Assembly: GCF_006345805.1 (NCBI RefSeq)
Contig: NC_043002.1
Location: forward strand, 102,610,001-102,674,000
From: Octopus sinensis
Lineage: Eukaryota
DNA: 64,000 nucleotides
Reading direction: 5' to 3'
Positions 40,830 to 54,149 of this stretch are shown here, one piece after another. Within the stretch, counting starts at the first letter, position 1. The number at the start of each line of letters is the position of its first letter. Position numbers and translations under genes: made by a program. Below the pieces are notes generated by a model, which saw only the letters and a program-made list of their open reading frames with translations, ran no database searches and had not been told where the DNA came from.

Positions 40830-41891
40830 ATCTATCACTGTCTCGGTTTTTCTCCTTCTCTTACTCTACCGACACTTTCACATGAAAACCCATTAAATAT
40901 ACAAAGAATGTTTCCTAAAAAGAAACCTTTAAACAAATACATTTTTGTCAGAGCCAAACGATTCAGTTAGAACAATTCCGCATTATTTACTTTGTGGGCA
41001 AATCTTGTGGGGGAAAAACTCCTTTAGTTGCTAGCTAAACTAATGCATGCTTTTACAAATAATGGAGAAGACAGCTATTGTTCAGTGGAAGTAGTGTGTA
41101 TATAGAAAAGAATGCAAGACTCTTTATTCATAACAAGCAATATAGAAGTGCTAATTCGAACTGAGCCTGCTCCTGCACGAATTCTAGCTTATAAAAGCAC
41201 ATATCGAATTGTTTCAATGGAAGTTTTCTATTTTAAAGTGTTTTGTGTGAATAAATAGATATATCGGAATGAAAACTAAATTACTTGACGAGTCTCAAAC
41301 ATTGCTTGTCCAAACCAAACGTACACTAGAACACTGTATGATTCTGAATGGAACATTTGAACTATTGTGCAGTTATTATAGTTGTATTGCGTCAATTTCT
41401 CGGCAATCTCAAGCGTCACACATTTAATCCTCTCTGAATATATGCATGTTTTTGGACAGACGAAAATACAATCTGAATTGATGCATAAATTGAAAGCTGA
41501 TTTCCATTTTATCATGGGATTGACAGAGAGCTTATTTAAATAAATGAAAAACGGCCCAACATTTAGAATTTTACGGCCAGTTTTAGATATTCATTAGATG
41601 AGGCAAAAAAATACAGTTTCATTTCGAAGATTTTCTGTAAATTTAAATGCATTCTTCTGCTAATTTTTTACTGTTTTCTTTCGTCGGATACAAATGTTTA
41701 TGAAGTAAATTTCTATATTTATATTTATTTTAGCTTTATTATGATGAGCAGAACTAATGATATTGTTGTTGTTCTAGGAGGTGGTGTGATGGTTGTGGTG
41801 GTTTTCTTCATATTTATTCTGTGGATTGTGATGATGCTAGCAGTCTTCTCCCTTAAAATGTTCTTGGCGTCGATGTCGTCCTTGTTACAAA

Positions 41892-41894
<3 letters not shown>

Positions 41895-41926
<32 letters not shown>

Positions 41927-42135
41927 TTGTATTATTATCATTATTATTATTATTATCATCATCATTATCATCATCATTATTATTATTATCATCTTCATCA
42001 CCACCCCCTCATTCTGATCCCCATCGTCATCATCATCGCCCTTATCATCGTCGTTGTCATCATCATCATTACCGTCGTCGTCATCATTATCATTACTATT
42101 AATCGTAATATTCTTGTTTCTGATTTCACTATTAT
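41895..42135. repeat. (ATT)n/(ATC)n/(GTC)n trinucleotide low-complexity tract
   Basis: Directly visible. Confidence 0.9.
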
Positions 42136-42299
42136 TACTAGCACTTTACAAATTCACATTCGATCGTAAATTTGTTTCTTTATGCTGAAAAGAAATTTTC
42201 CGAAACGATAATTTACGTTTATTTTCTTCCCAGCATTAGAGTCGAGTTAGCAGAGGAAAGAGGAGGGATGTGACAGAGAAAAAGGAAGAGTGATACATA

Positions 42300-42354
<55 letters not shown>

Positions 42355-42554
42355 ACACACACACGTACGTGTATATAAACACATGCATACATATGCAGAT
42401 AAGTTTATATGTAAATGTAATTATACATGTGATTTGAGGTACACACACGCCTATACACTCATATTGTATAAGAGTATGTAAGTATTCCTGCATTTATACA
42501 TGTATATAAATATAATTGTATGTACATATACTCATATACATGTGTGTGTATGCA

Positions 42555-42592
<38 letters not shown>

Positions 42593-43004
42593 AGTAATAC
42601 TAAGCAATAAAGGGTTTAGCAACGAATTGCCTTACCACATACCGAATTTAGAAATAGCAGTCAAAGAGTTATAGCTATTTCTTCTACTAAAAAGGGAGAT
42701 CTCAGTAAAAACAGCAATTGGAAGGCAGACACAAACAGGTAAGAGAGAATGAATTGACGGCAATCTATCATACAATTTTAAGTTAAATTTCAACTACAAT
42801 ATATATATATGTGTGTGTGTGTGTATGTATGCGTGTGTGTGTGTACAAATATACATGCATACATACTCACACACACACACACACATATATATATATTTGA
42901 ATTTAATTCAATTGAATTAGTTTCAGTTCACGAATTTTGGCCTTGCTGGAGCACCGCCATTTGGTGTGGCTACATAATTTTACTTCACTGTTGGTTCATT
43001 TGGT

Positions 43005-45545
43005 ACTCTTGACAATAAGAAATCTAGTTTTGTTTTGAAGAGATCTATACCCACCCTATGTAGGTCTCTCAAGTCCTTCGAAAATATCTTGAAGACCTGT
43101 CGGCCTTTAAAGCCCAAGCTATGGACAACATCCTGTCATATATTCTGATGACAAATTTAGAGTCTTTGTTACTCTCAATACCAAAGTCCGGGTCAAGTCA
43201 TTCCAGGATCTTCCAGATGTTACAGTATATCGTTCCCGCCTATGCTCCAGAGAATGAGTCTCAATCTCTTGAGTCTTTCCCAGTAGATTATATGCTGCAT
43301 AGAGGCTATCATTTTTGCGTAGCTTCGTTGCATTGCCAAAAGTTCTGCAATTTATTTTACACTGGTTGGTGTCCATAGCTGGGAGCAGTAGTCAAAGCGG
43401 CTTGGGACAAATGTCTTCCAGAGGACCATCATGGTTCTCTGATTTCTCTCTTTAAATGTTCTAAGAATCCTTCCAGTAGCTGCCTGCTTCTCATTACCAA
43501 ATGAGCAACATGCACGTGGAAGGATGCATCATTACTCATGTAAACGCCTAGGACTCGCTCTCACTGTGTCTCTGTGATTGGAATTACTCCAGGTGCAGTA
43601 TATTTAATTGGTATTGCATTTACATTTCCTACTGATAGCGTAGGGCTCGAGACTTTTCAGCATTAAGCTCCATGCTATTCTTCTGAGCCCACTTGTATAT
43701 TTCATCTAACTCACGTTGCAGGTGCATAGCATCTTCAGAGTTTTGTATCACCTTTAAGACTTCTGTATCATCTGCATAACTTTTGATCGTGATTATCTGT
43801 GTTCCTGAGAGCATATCCGAGAAGGCTAGTGTGAACTGTTGTGGTTCCAGTACAGTGCCTTGCGGAAATCACTCACTATTTGCATATCATTGTAGGTGGT
43901 TCCATTGCATACTACTGCTTGGCTTCTATCTTTCAGAAAGTCAGGCAACTATTCTCTCAATTTCCCAACTATGCCGAGATCACGCGCTTTGTTACGTATT
44001 CTATGAGAGAAAGCCTTTGGAAAGTCGAGATATATCACACCACATATGAGTGGTTGAGCAACTGTTTCGACACTCTGTCACAGATATGAGTAAGATATGA
44101 GTGAGGCAGCTTCTTCCTGGTCGCAATTCATGCTGTTTGTCAGTTAGCAAGTAATTTTCCTCAAGGAAGGGGATTAGTTTACCTCTGACTATTCGTCCCA
44201 TGACTTCGCTTATGTGTGACGTCAGAGAGATTGGTCTGTAGTTTTTGGCCTCTGCTCTGCTACCTCCTTCGTGGATGGGGAATATTTTCCCTTCCTTTAG
44301 CTTACTTGGACGTTTGCCACATGCAAGGAAGCTCTGGGAGAGAGACTGCAGTGGTCTTGCTAGGACTCACATGATTTTAGAAGGATCGCTGGGAATCCAT
44401 CAGGGCCAGTAGCTGAGTTCGGGTTCATCTCATCTATAGCCCTTATTGCATCATCTTCTTTTATATTGATGTAATCAATCATCACTGCCTCTGTTTTTAT
44501 ATCTACAGTTGTGAAAACGTCAGCTGCACTGCTGACTGGTAAGTGTCCAAGCTGTGGTGTGAAAACACTTTTGAATTGCTCATTTAGTATTTCACTTATT
44601 CTCCCTGGGTTTCCTGTGACTGAATCGTCTTTTTCGAGGAGAAGCCCTACCCTGAAGTGCACTGAGATTGTTTCTTTGGAAATTCTGGGGTTAGATTTTA
44701 TATTGTCTAAAGACCAGTCTTTATCTGCTCTTTATTTTTCATGGGAAAGTTGCAGATATTTTTCAATCTCTAGCAGTTGAATATTCATGCAAGATGTTTT
44801 ACTGCTTTCAGTTTCTTTATTTAGGCGATTTGAAATTGTACGCCCTCTCATAACGACTTTCCTTTCCCTGGGGATTTTGATATTGTGTACAGTGGCCTTC
44901 CACTCTGGGACACATTTGTAGCATATGGCTTACGTTACAGACATGAATTGTTGAGGTATCATATGGCTGTCCGGTCAGTTTTATTTGAGGATCTATTTCT
45001 TAATTTGTTTCGAGTTTGCCGTGTGGAATTTCAAACTGGAAAGATTTTGAGAGTTTCTTGTAGGCTGCATGTCCACGATATCCTTTGGTCCGTACATGGT
45101 CAGTTCTCCCATATTCAGATCCGAGAGTAGCGTCGGTGTCACTTCCACACTATGGAGGAGATCCACATTATTTGTGAAGCAGAGATCCAGTTTATCGCCT
45201 GCCCCAGTTTGGTGGAGAACCATTTGTTCCAGGTAAAAAGTGTTGATTAGGTTCAGAAGGACTACATGTGTCCTTGTTCGCAACGTGCCATTCGTAAAAG
45301 AGAAAGGCTCTCAGGTCATCAGACATTGGGAATATTGAAGTTTCCCATAAATAGTACACTTCTGTATTGTTCTAATAGAACTAGAACTTCTGTTTTTGTA
45401 AGGCAGTCTTCAAACTTACCCGCGAGAATCGCAGCTTCTGGAGGGCGATATGTAGTATATATAACGACTTCGAGTTGTCTTCCGTGTACAATTAGTGAGT
45501 TACATACATACTGGATTTCAGTGTGACAAAACGTCGTTTCACCAT
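43005..45545 (-). mobile_element. Decayed CR1/L2-type (Jockey group) LINE ORF2: AP endonuclease + RT
   Basis: Minus strand in order: APE motifs YRPP, MGNFNIP, LDLCFTN, SD(H); RT motifs GPDGFPAILLK, KQHELRPGRSCLTH, SYADDT..LQRELDEIYKWA; C-terminal KLD..LSRVP. Many stops and frameshifts. Confidence 0.9.
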
Positions 45546-45709
45546 TCCGTAGCAAAATCGTTGACGTTAACTTTGACGTTTTTATGATATTTTGGCATCT
45601 GAAGCAGCTGAAGATACGACAGTTTGACCAAAATAATCTGATGTAGTATGTATTGAAAAAATCCTATTCAGCCAAATTTGGACATACGACAATTTAACAT
45701 AATAGCAAG

Positions 45710-45750
<41 letters not shown>

Positions 45751-45754
<4 letters not shown>

Positions 45755-45801
45755 AAGAAGAAGAAGAAGAAGAAGAAGAAGAAGAAGAAGAAGAGAAGAA
45801 G

Positions 45802-45830
<29 letters not shown>
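45751..45830. repeat. (GAA)n microsatellite next to (TA)n
   Basis: Directly visible. Confidence 0.95.
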
Positions 45831-45832
<2 letters not shown>

Positions 45833-46569
45833 GGGAAGTGGTATCACCCAGTAGTAGAGGCTGTCCGTGGAATCTGCTTTAATGGTCAAGTGAACTAAAA
45901 GTAACCTGCTGTGGTTGTAGAAGTAGTGGCAAGATTTGTTCTGGATACATGGGTAGTGACTGATTTTAATATATCTATCGTTTTCAATACTTGCGTGGGT
46001 ATCATTCTAAGATCCTTGTAGTAGTGCCATCTGTAGCGAAAAAACTCAAAAGAGGTTTATATTTTGGGTTAAAGTATGATTCTTTACTAATGCGCTGATT
46101 ATACGTTGCACTGTCCCTAAATTTATAGAGTATAAAAATTCTAAAGTTGGGTTGTGTTTAGTGGCGAAAATGTAGATGTGTTAATACCATTTTTCTGTAC
46201 TTCCGTATTTTAATCTTGAAGACTATGAAAATATATACAAAATATTTCATTTTATTTTTTCTTCAATTTAAATGTGTTTCTTTTTAATTAATATCCAACC
46301 CTGTTACACTCTTACTTGAAAAAGACGAAGATGCTAAAACCGGAATTATGCGTTACAAAATGTATTTCATGAGAAATTTCTTTTGGTATTTTCTCCCTTC
46401 TTTAATTTTTATTTTATACATACATACACACACACGCGCGCACACACGCACACAAACACACACACGCACACACACGCACATATATTCTTACAAGCATCCA
46501 TCCTCTTTTTAATCAAAATCTCCCTGTATGTTTATGACCATATTTATCAAGCGTGATAAATACTTATGT

Positions 46570-46604
<35 letters not shown>

Positions 46605-46606
46605 CT

Positions 46607-46669
<63 letters not shown>

Positions 46670-47401
46670 CTAAATATATACATACATACATGTATGTATG
46701 TATCTATCTATCTATCTACCCATATATTGATTTATATACACATACTTGCATATGTATATATATACATATATGCTAATACATCGGTGTATTTACTTATCCC
46801 GCAATGAGAATATGATATTGATATTCTGACACTGGAGTCTCTGATTAATGTAAGTGTAGATGATTAGCATAAATCAGCGGCAGCTTCACGCTAAACTCTG
46901 CAAGCCTGTCGCACCACGTTACCATACTTTCAAGCATTTTGGTGTATATTAAATGAGGAGGTTGGCAAACGATCTCGTGGAATTGTCTTCGTTCGCCTAG
47001 AAGGCCAATACTAAAATATCTGATAATGACAGACTGCTCGTTGAGAAGACCACTTCATGTCAGATATTTGATTAAGTTAAGTTTCCATTTATGACCAAAT
47101 CGAGTTGACTGATGAAGCCAGTGTGCAGTGATCTTTTCCCTTCGTAATAATTACTCCACCGTTGTCCATCCATAATACTTGTCCACTGGTCGGACACCAA
47201 CGTTGTATAGTTATGTTAAAGAGGTAAAGGTCACTTCAAGAAGCATCTGTTTATGATCTCAAGAATACTTACTGAATAGCGATACGAAACTGAAAAACCA
47301 TTCTTATTTTCTTCTCTTTTGCTTCTATTCAGAGAGAAACTTTTCATTTATCAACTATATATATATATTTCTATACATTTCCAACTAAGCGAACATGTCT
47401 G

Positions 47402-47444
<43 letters not shown>

Positions 47445-47576
47445 TATGTGTGTGGTGTGTGTGTGTGTGTGTGTGCGGTGTGTGTGTGTGTGTGTGTATG
47501 CATGTGTGTCTATACATTTACATAAATGGATGTATATATATATAATATATATATATATATGTGTATATATATAGGT

Positions 47577-47654
<78 letters not shown>

Positions 47655-48169
47655 GCACATTTCACATCGGCATGCATGCTTAATCATACATTCATGTATA
47701 TTAGTGAACGTATTTAAATATATATATATATGCGTGTGTATGTATGTACATACATAGGTGTATGTATGTATGTATAATTATATTAGTGCATGTATATATA
47801 GTTATATGTGCGTGCAATCACATATACATATACATGCATGGAGGTAAACACACAAGCACACACCCATATACATACATATATATACATATGTGTGTGTATG
47901 CGTTTGTGTAAGTGTGTGTGTGTGTGTGTGTGTGCATGTTTTATGATTCCTCCTCAGTATATAAATATTAATGCTATCGGTGACACTGACGTCTCAGTTT
48001 ATTCCATTGTTAATGCGCAGGGGCGTTAATGCTTAATTAAAATATCAGCGAAAGTTCACTGCTTTCGCTAACACTGTTCCGAGGCGAACACATTTCAGCC
48101 GACCGACATTCTGCTTGGTTCAAATAATGCAACTTCCGGTGCCAAATCTTCAATATTGCTCGTAAAAAC

Positions 48170-49530
48170 TGACCTCTTCTTCTTCTTCTCCTTTATCTTC
48201 TTCTTCTTTCGTCGTCGTCGTCGTCTTCTTCATCTTCTGCTTCTTCTTCTTCTTCTTCTTCTTCTTCTTCTTCTTCTTCTTCTTCTTCTTCTTCTTCTCT
48301 TCTTTCGTCGTCGTCGTCGTCGTCGTCTTCTTCATCTTCTGTTTCGTCTTCTTCTTCTTCTTCTTCTTTTGTCGTTGTCGTCGTCGTCTTCTTCATCTTC
48401 TGCTTCGTCTTCTTCTTCTTCTTCTTCTATTACTTCTTCTTTCGTCGTCGTCGTCTTCTTCATCTTCTGCTTCGTCTTCTTCTTCTTTTTCTTCTTCTTC
48501 TTCTTTCGTCGTCGTCGTCGACTTCTTCATCTTCTGCTTCGTCTTCTTCTTCTTCTTCTTTTTCGTCTTCTTTTGTCGTCGTCGTCTTCTTCATCTTCTG
48601 CTTCGTCTTCTTCTTCTTCTTCTTCTTCTTCTTCTTCTTCTTCTTCCTCTTTGTTTTCTTCTCCTTCGTCTTCATTTTCTTCTTCTTCTTCTTCTTCTTC
48701 TTCTTTCGTCGTCGTCGTCTTCTTCATCTTCTGCTTCGTCTTCTTCTATTTCTTCTTCTTCTCTCGTCGTCGTCGTCGTCTTCTTCATCTTCTGCTTCGT
48801 CTTCTTCTTCTTCTTCTTTTTCTTCTTCTTTCGTCGTCGTCGTCTTTTTCATCTTCTGCTTCGTCTTCTTCTTCTTCTTCTTCTTCTTCTTCTTCGTTTT
48901 CTTCTCCTTCGTCTTCATTTTCTTCTTCTTTCGTCGTCGTCATCGTCATCTGCTTCATCTTCTGCTTCGTCTTCTTCTTCTTCTTCTTTTCTTCTTCTTC
49001 TTCTTTCGTCATCGTCGTCGTCTTCTTCATCTTCTGCTTCGTCTTTTTCTTCTTCTTCTTCTTTTTCTTCTTCTTCTTCTTCTTTCGTCGTCGTCGTCGT
49101 CTTCTTCATCTTCTGCTTCGTCTTCTTCTTCTTCTTCTTTTTCTTCTTCTTTCGTCGTCGTCGTCGTCTTCTTCTTCTTCTGCTTCGTCTTCTTCTTCTT
49201 CTTCTTCTTCTTCTTCTTCTTCTTCTTCGTTTTCTTCTCCTTCGTCTTCATTTTCTTCTTCTTCTTCTTCTTCTTCTTCTTCTTCTTCTTCTTCTTTCTT
49301 CGTCGTCGTCGTCGTCATCTTCTTCTTCTTCTGCTTCGTCTTCTTCTTCTTCTTCTTCGTTTTCTTCTCCTTCGTTTTCATTTTCTTCTTCTTCTTCTTC
49401 TTCTTCTTCTTCTTCTTCCTCATTTCCTTCTTCCTCTTCTTTTTCGTCTTGTTCTCCCTTTCCTTCGTCTTCTTCTCCTTTTTCTTCATCTTCTACGTCT
49501 CCATCTCCCTCTTCTTCCCCTTCTTCTTTA
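48170..49530. repeat. Higher-order compound trinucleotide array (TTC)n-(GTC)n-CTTCATCTTCTGCTTCGTC
   Basis: About 14 copies of the CTTCTGCTTCG spacer with variable TTC/TCG run lengths; a second motif, TTTTCTTCTCCTTCG.CTTCATTTTC, recurs four times. Confidence 0.95.
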
Positions 49531-49582
49531 TGTAATAAAGGTCTGGTGGATAATCATTATTATGATATCGATGACCCTAACC

Positions 49583-49588
49583 CTGCTG

Positions 49589-49645
<57 letters not shown>

Positions 49646-49835
49646 ATACTACTACTGCTGCTGCTGCTGCTGCAGCTGCTACTACTAATACCAATACTAC
49701 TACTGCCGCCGACGCCTTTGCTACTACTATTACTACTACTACTGCTGCTGCCGCTGCTGCTACTGTTACTACTACTACTACTGCCGCTGCTGCTACTACT
49801 ATTACTACTAATACTACTACTATAAATGCTTGTAC
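49583..49835. repeat. (CTA)n/(CTG)n compound trinucleotide repeat
   Basis: Directly visible. Confidence 0.9.
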
Positions 49836-50444
49836 TATTACTTTTGCTAATTGTTTACCTCTACCAGCATCCTCCTCCTGAATATCGGCGCCATCCTCGT
49901 CGTCCTCATCGTGTTCCTCCTCCTCTTCATCATCATCATCATCACAACAATCTTTCACGATGGCCGATTAAGTGCGAAGGCGGCCCTACAGAGTTAGATT
50001 ATGAGCTAGAATCAGCACCATTACCTTCCTCCAAACGATCTCGCCGACAAAACCGTCAAAAACTTCCATTAGATTGTCATGTTAAACAAACATTCGGACT
50101 GCCGTGAATATGGAAGGTGGGTGTTGACAGATTTAATCCGATCAGATTGGATTTGTTCCTAATGAACTCCATTAGTTATCCTGATTATCGCCATAATTAA
50201 TATATTCTCTCTTATGGGATTCACATTTAATAATGCTATACGAAAAAGAAAAAGTACAGCCTAATTATATATATATATATATATATATATACCCACGCTG
50301 ATATATGACCTACGTTGGACTCCTTCTTCGCATAATCACCGCAACCAGAGCTTAACTATGATCTCTCCATAGCACTTACTCAGCATTACCGGACACCTTT
50401 GGGCCTTATTAACAACATTACATCTCATAGACTGTATATATTTG

Positions 50445-50477
<33 letters not shown>

Positions 50478-50568
50478 ATATGTATGTATGTATGTATGTA
50501 TGTGTATATGTATATCTAGATCTATATATATATGTATATTTGTATTAAGCTATCTATCTATATATGTA

Positions 50569-50620
<52 letters not shown>

Positions 50621-50689
50621 ATTCTATCTATAATATATATTATATATATATTATATATATATATATATAATATATTATACTCTCCCTGA

Positions 50690-52400
50690 ACAATTCTAAG
50701 TCCACAAAAAATATATATCTGGTTTGTCATACCTTTCGGGAAACAAATCAGGTCAAACCTTCCTTTACAGTTCCGTGAAGCTGTAGCTAGGAACTTTCCC
50801 AGGAATTCTAGGTATTACCCTACTATCAACTCGCATAAGGTAAGGATTGCATTCTCCAACACTAGAAATCTATTGCAGATCATTGCCTCCCATAATAACA
50901 AGCTACTAAATAAGGATTCAACACCCGGGAGTTACGATACTGCCCTTACCAATTCCAACCAAACATACAATAATAATAATAATAGAAATAATATTGATAA
51001 TAGCAACATTCATAGCAGCGGTAGCATTAACAATAGTAATATTAATAATAATATTAGTCGGATTATTAACAGTGGTAGTGTAAGTGGTAGTAACGACAGC
51101 ATTTCTAATAACAGTGGTAGTATTGATGATAACAACCCCAGCATTCCTATAGTCAGGGAAATTGCCGACGATAGTACAATTAATAGTAATGATAATAATA
51201 GGAATAGTATTGTGGTCGATGCTAGCAATAATATTAACAGCTATCATAACAATAAAAACTCCGTCTTAGTCTCGGAGGTAAACCCTAACAGATTAAAGTT
51301 CTTGTCCAGCAATTCCAAAATTACAAATTCCATTTACCAGTGTAAAATTTCTTCCGGTACCGATGTCTTCTTCTACATTGGGGCAACTACTTCTAAATTA
51401 GCCCAGAGGATCTCCAATCATTATTCAACTTTCCGAGATAAGAGAAAACAACAAAGCACAGGACTAAGTAAATTATTTTGGCGTCTTAAGGACAGCAATA
51501 TAACTTTCAAGCTGGAATGGTCCATATTGTCTGTATCCTTTCCGTTTGATAAGGGCAGAAAATTTTGTGGCATCTGTAATTCCGAACTTTTCCATATATT
51601 GTTCGCCAAATTCCCTTTAGTTAATACAATGTTTGAAAAATCCTATAGGTGCATGCACTAGCAGAAACATACCTTTCACTCATATGAATGAGGATTAATA
51701 TAGATAACCTCCTTGAATTTTATTAATTTGGTTCCATTTATACATCACCCCCATAGACACATTTTTATACTCATAAAGGACTACTACCAAATTCGTTGAG
51801 GCATGTTTTACCTTTGTCTCTCTACCTCGCCCTCCCCCTCTCTCTCTCCCTCTCTCTATCGTAAGCACAATCAAACACACAGACACAAACCTGTCACTTC
51901 ACCACTGTTTGCTTTTGGCATCTACCCAACCACACACACAATCACTTACACACATACACACACATAGACACGAATGCAGTTATATGCATACTCACTCATA
52001 GGCACTCAATCACAAAAGGAAACAACACATCACCATTCATATGACTTGCACCCTATCACCTTCCTATTCTTAGACCTCTCACCTTCAGCCTTGTTTGAAC
52101 CCATGAACTTTCTAGAATCTTCTACATTCAACCATTTTTGACGTCACTGCTTATAACGGAACATTTTAAAGAAACACTCATTATCGCCATGGACTCCGTG
52201 TGGGCAGTCATCTAAGAGTCTTTGTTCATCTTGATGCTGACATAAGTTCTTTGTTTTTTCCTGATGAGAAGGCGGCAGAATGCACCCCTTATTCCTTCGA
52301 AATTAGGAATATGCAGCCTTCGAAACATATGTCGAGAATAAAGGAATTTTGTTAAATCGTCGTTCAACTCCATTCTTTCATTTATTAAAAAAACACAAAT
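50690..52400 (+). mobile_element. 3' portion of a Penelope-like element: linker + GIY-YIG endonuclease + 3' region with hammerhead
   Basis: Uninterrupted frame 50690-51661 (~324 codons): IWFVIPFGKQIRSNL..FP.NSRY..INSHKVRIAFSN, an Asn/Ser-rich insert, IYQCKI...FFYIGATT.KLAQRISNH, W.IL, CGICNSE. The 5' end is cut by a microsatellite. Confidence 0.85.
52245..52346 (+). ncRNA. Type I hammerhead ribozyme (canonical core)
   Basis: CTGATGA (52261-67), stem II GAAGGC/GCCTTC (52268-73/52316-21), GAAAC-ATAT-GT-C with a palindromic stem III and a GUC cleavage triplet. Stem I is formed by the upstream T-rich tract and GAGAATAAAGGAA (G-U rich). Confidence 0.75.
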
Positions 52401-52988
52401 TTCCACACGAAAGCACGTGACCTATGCCCTTGGCATGTAGCTTCAACCGTGTTTTTTTCTGACGTGAATTTGCTACCCAGGTATCGGCTAACCGAATTAT
52501 CCATACTAAGATAATTCATTCAACTACTTAAATATATATATATGTGTGTGTGTGTACAAACACACACACACACACATACCAGAAGATGTAGGCAACCAGA
52601 AATTACTTTCTATATTAAAATAATAAAAATATCAAAGGCAGTCTGGTAATTGGAGCTGACATTTCTTTCTAATAACATATTAATCACAGCGACACATTAA
52701 TTGCTAGCATAGAATACTTTAAACTTGGTAAAACAGCAGTAGACTGTGCGTACTAGTGTGGAAGTGACGAATCTATGACTGATAGGAATATTTCCTGTAA
52801 AACGGTAAATGGTAAGAATGCTATTGTGTAACCTCCAGAGGAACACTTTTCTTAGTGCACCATTTTAATCACAGTCACGTCGAGTAAATTTCTATCTATG
52901 TGTATCTATACCAGCTTAAAAACTACTCCGCCCCCACGCATGTGGGTGTACATGATAATCATGCACACAAACGTAAATAGAGAGCTTA

Positions 52989-53865
52989 TACGAGAAAGTA
53001 CCCAAAAGAAACTGGAATTTTGCAATATTATTTCATCCACTTAGTTTTATATGTTTACACTTTTATCGCCTTCGAAGCAAAATATCAGACGAGGCGCTTT
53101 TTTCCACTATTCGTAGCAGCCCAGCAACTCTGTCGAAGTGATTCCTTTTAACGGCTCCGTCGCTTTCGTCTTCACATCTTCCACGTCTGCACATTCCGTA
53201 GCACCAGATTTCGTCACCAATGATGACCTTCGAAACAAGGTCCGGATCAACTTCCAGCTGTTCTTTCAGTTCACGACAGGCATTCATTTGTGACTGCTTT
53301 TGATCTTCCGTGAGCAAGCGAAACACAAATTTTGCTACAATTCTTTTCATTTGCAATTCCGCGCTGAAAGTTCATTGGCAGGAACTCCAGGACATACCAA
53401 TCATATCAGCAAGTTCGTCAAATGTCCTCCACGATCAGTTCATGAATTTCCATGATGTTTTCATTCTTTTGGGAGGTCTATAGTCGTCCTGAACGAGGTT
53501 GGTTTTCAATCGATAAGTGACCATTTCGTGAAAACTACTCGTAAACTTGTATTTTGCTCATGACAGCGTTGTTGTAAGTTCTTCGACGCATGACAAGAGT
53601 TTCGACCGCCTTTTTCGCCAGCAGAAAGCAGAATTCCACAGAAACATGTTCTTCCTTTGTTTCAGCAATCGCAAAAATCGACAAATAAAGGAGAAGCACT
53701 GCGAAACAAAGACGCACCATGTGACAGTGCGATCTGACTCAACGATGCTGTTCGGCAGGCTGATGCCTGAGGTTCGCGTCATGTGGCTTCCAGCGGGGGA
53801 CCCTCAAATACAACGAATTTGTCCCACACAGATCATTTCCGGTTCCTTTTCTGTACCATACGCAG
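52989..53865 (-). mobile_element. Internally deleted, decayed mariner transposon
   Basis: HTH region VEFCFLLAKKAVET..QPRSGR; RIVAKFVFRLLTEDQK..VIIGDEIWCYG (first catalytic D) fused directly to C-terminal residues. Degenerate TIRs at ~52989-53020 and ~53835-53865. Confidence 0.85.
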
Positions 53866-54149
53866 ACACACACAAACACACGTGGAAATATTTTATTTTT
53901 AGCTTTAGCTAGAGATCTGCGACCATGTTGGTTTTGCTACACTTTTACTACTTGAAATTTCATCTAATATGTGACATTTGTTAAACATGGGAGTCTGATT
54001 CTGACTCCTTCATCTGCGATTCCTGCTGCTATGTGGTTTCGTCTGGAACACTAGACAAAGAGGACGTCGAGCCATGTACGTCTGTCGGGCTTTTTAAGAG
54101 AGTGAATTACTGTGGGTCCTTGAAACCCAATCAATTGCAGTAATAGGTT

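Noticed and set aside
48170-49530. CRISPR-like repeat/spacer array
   Set aside because: The 'spacers' are TTC/TCG runs rather than unique sequence; there are no cas genes and the context is eukaryotic.
48156-49535. 459-aa + strand ORF
   Set aside because: The pyrimidine-rich repeat strand cannot form stop codons; the product is F/S/L/R runs with no domain.
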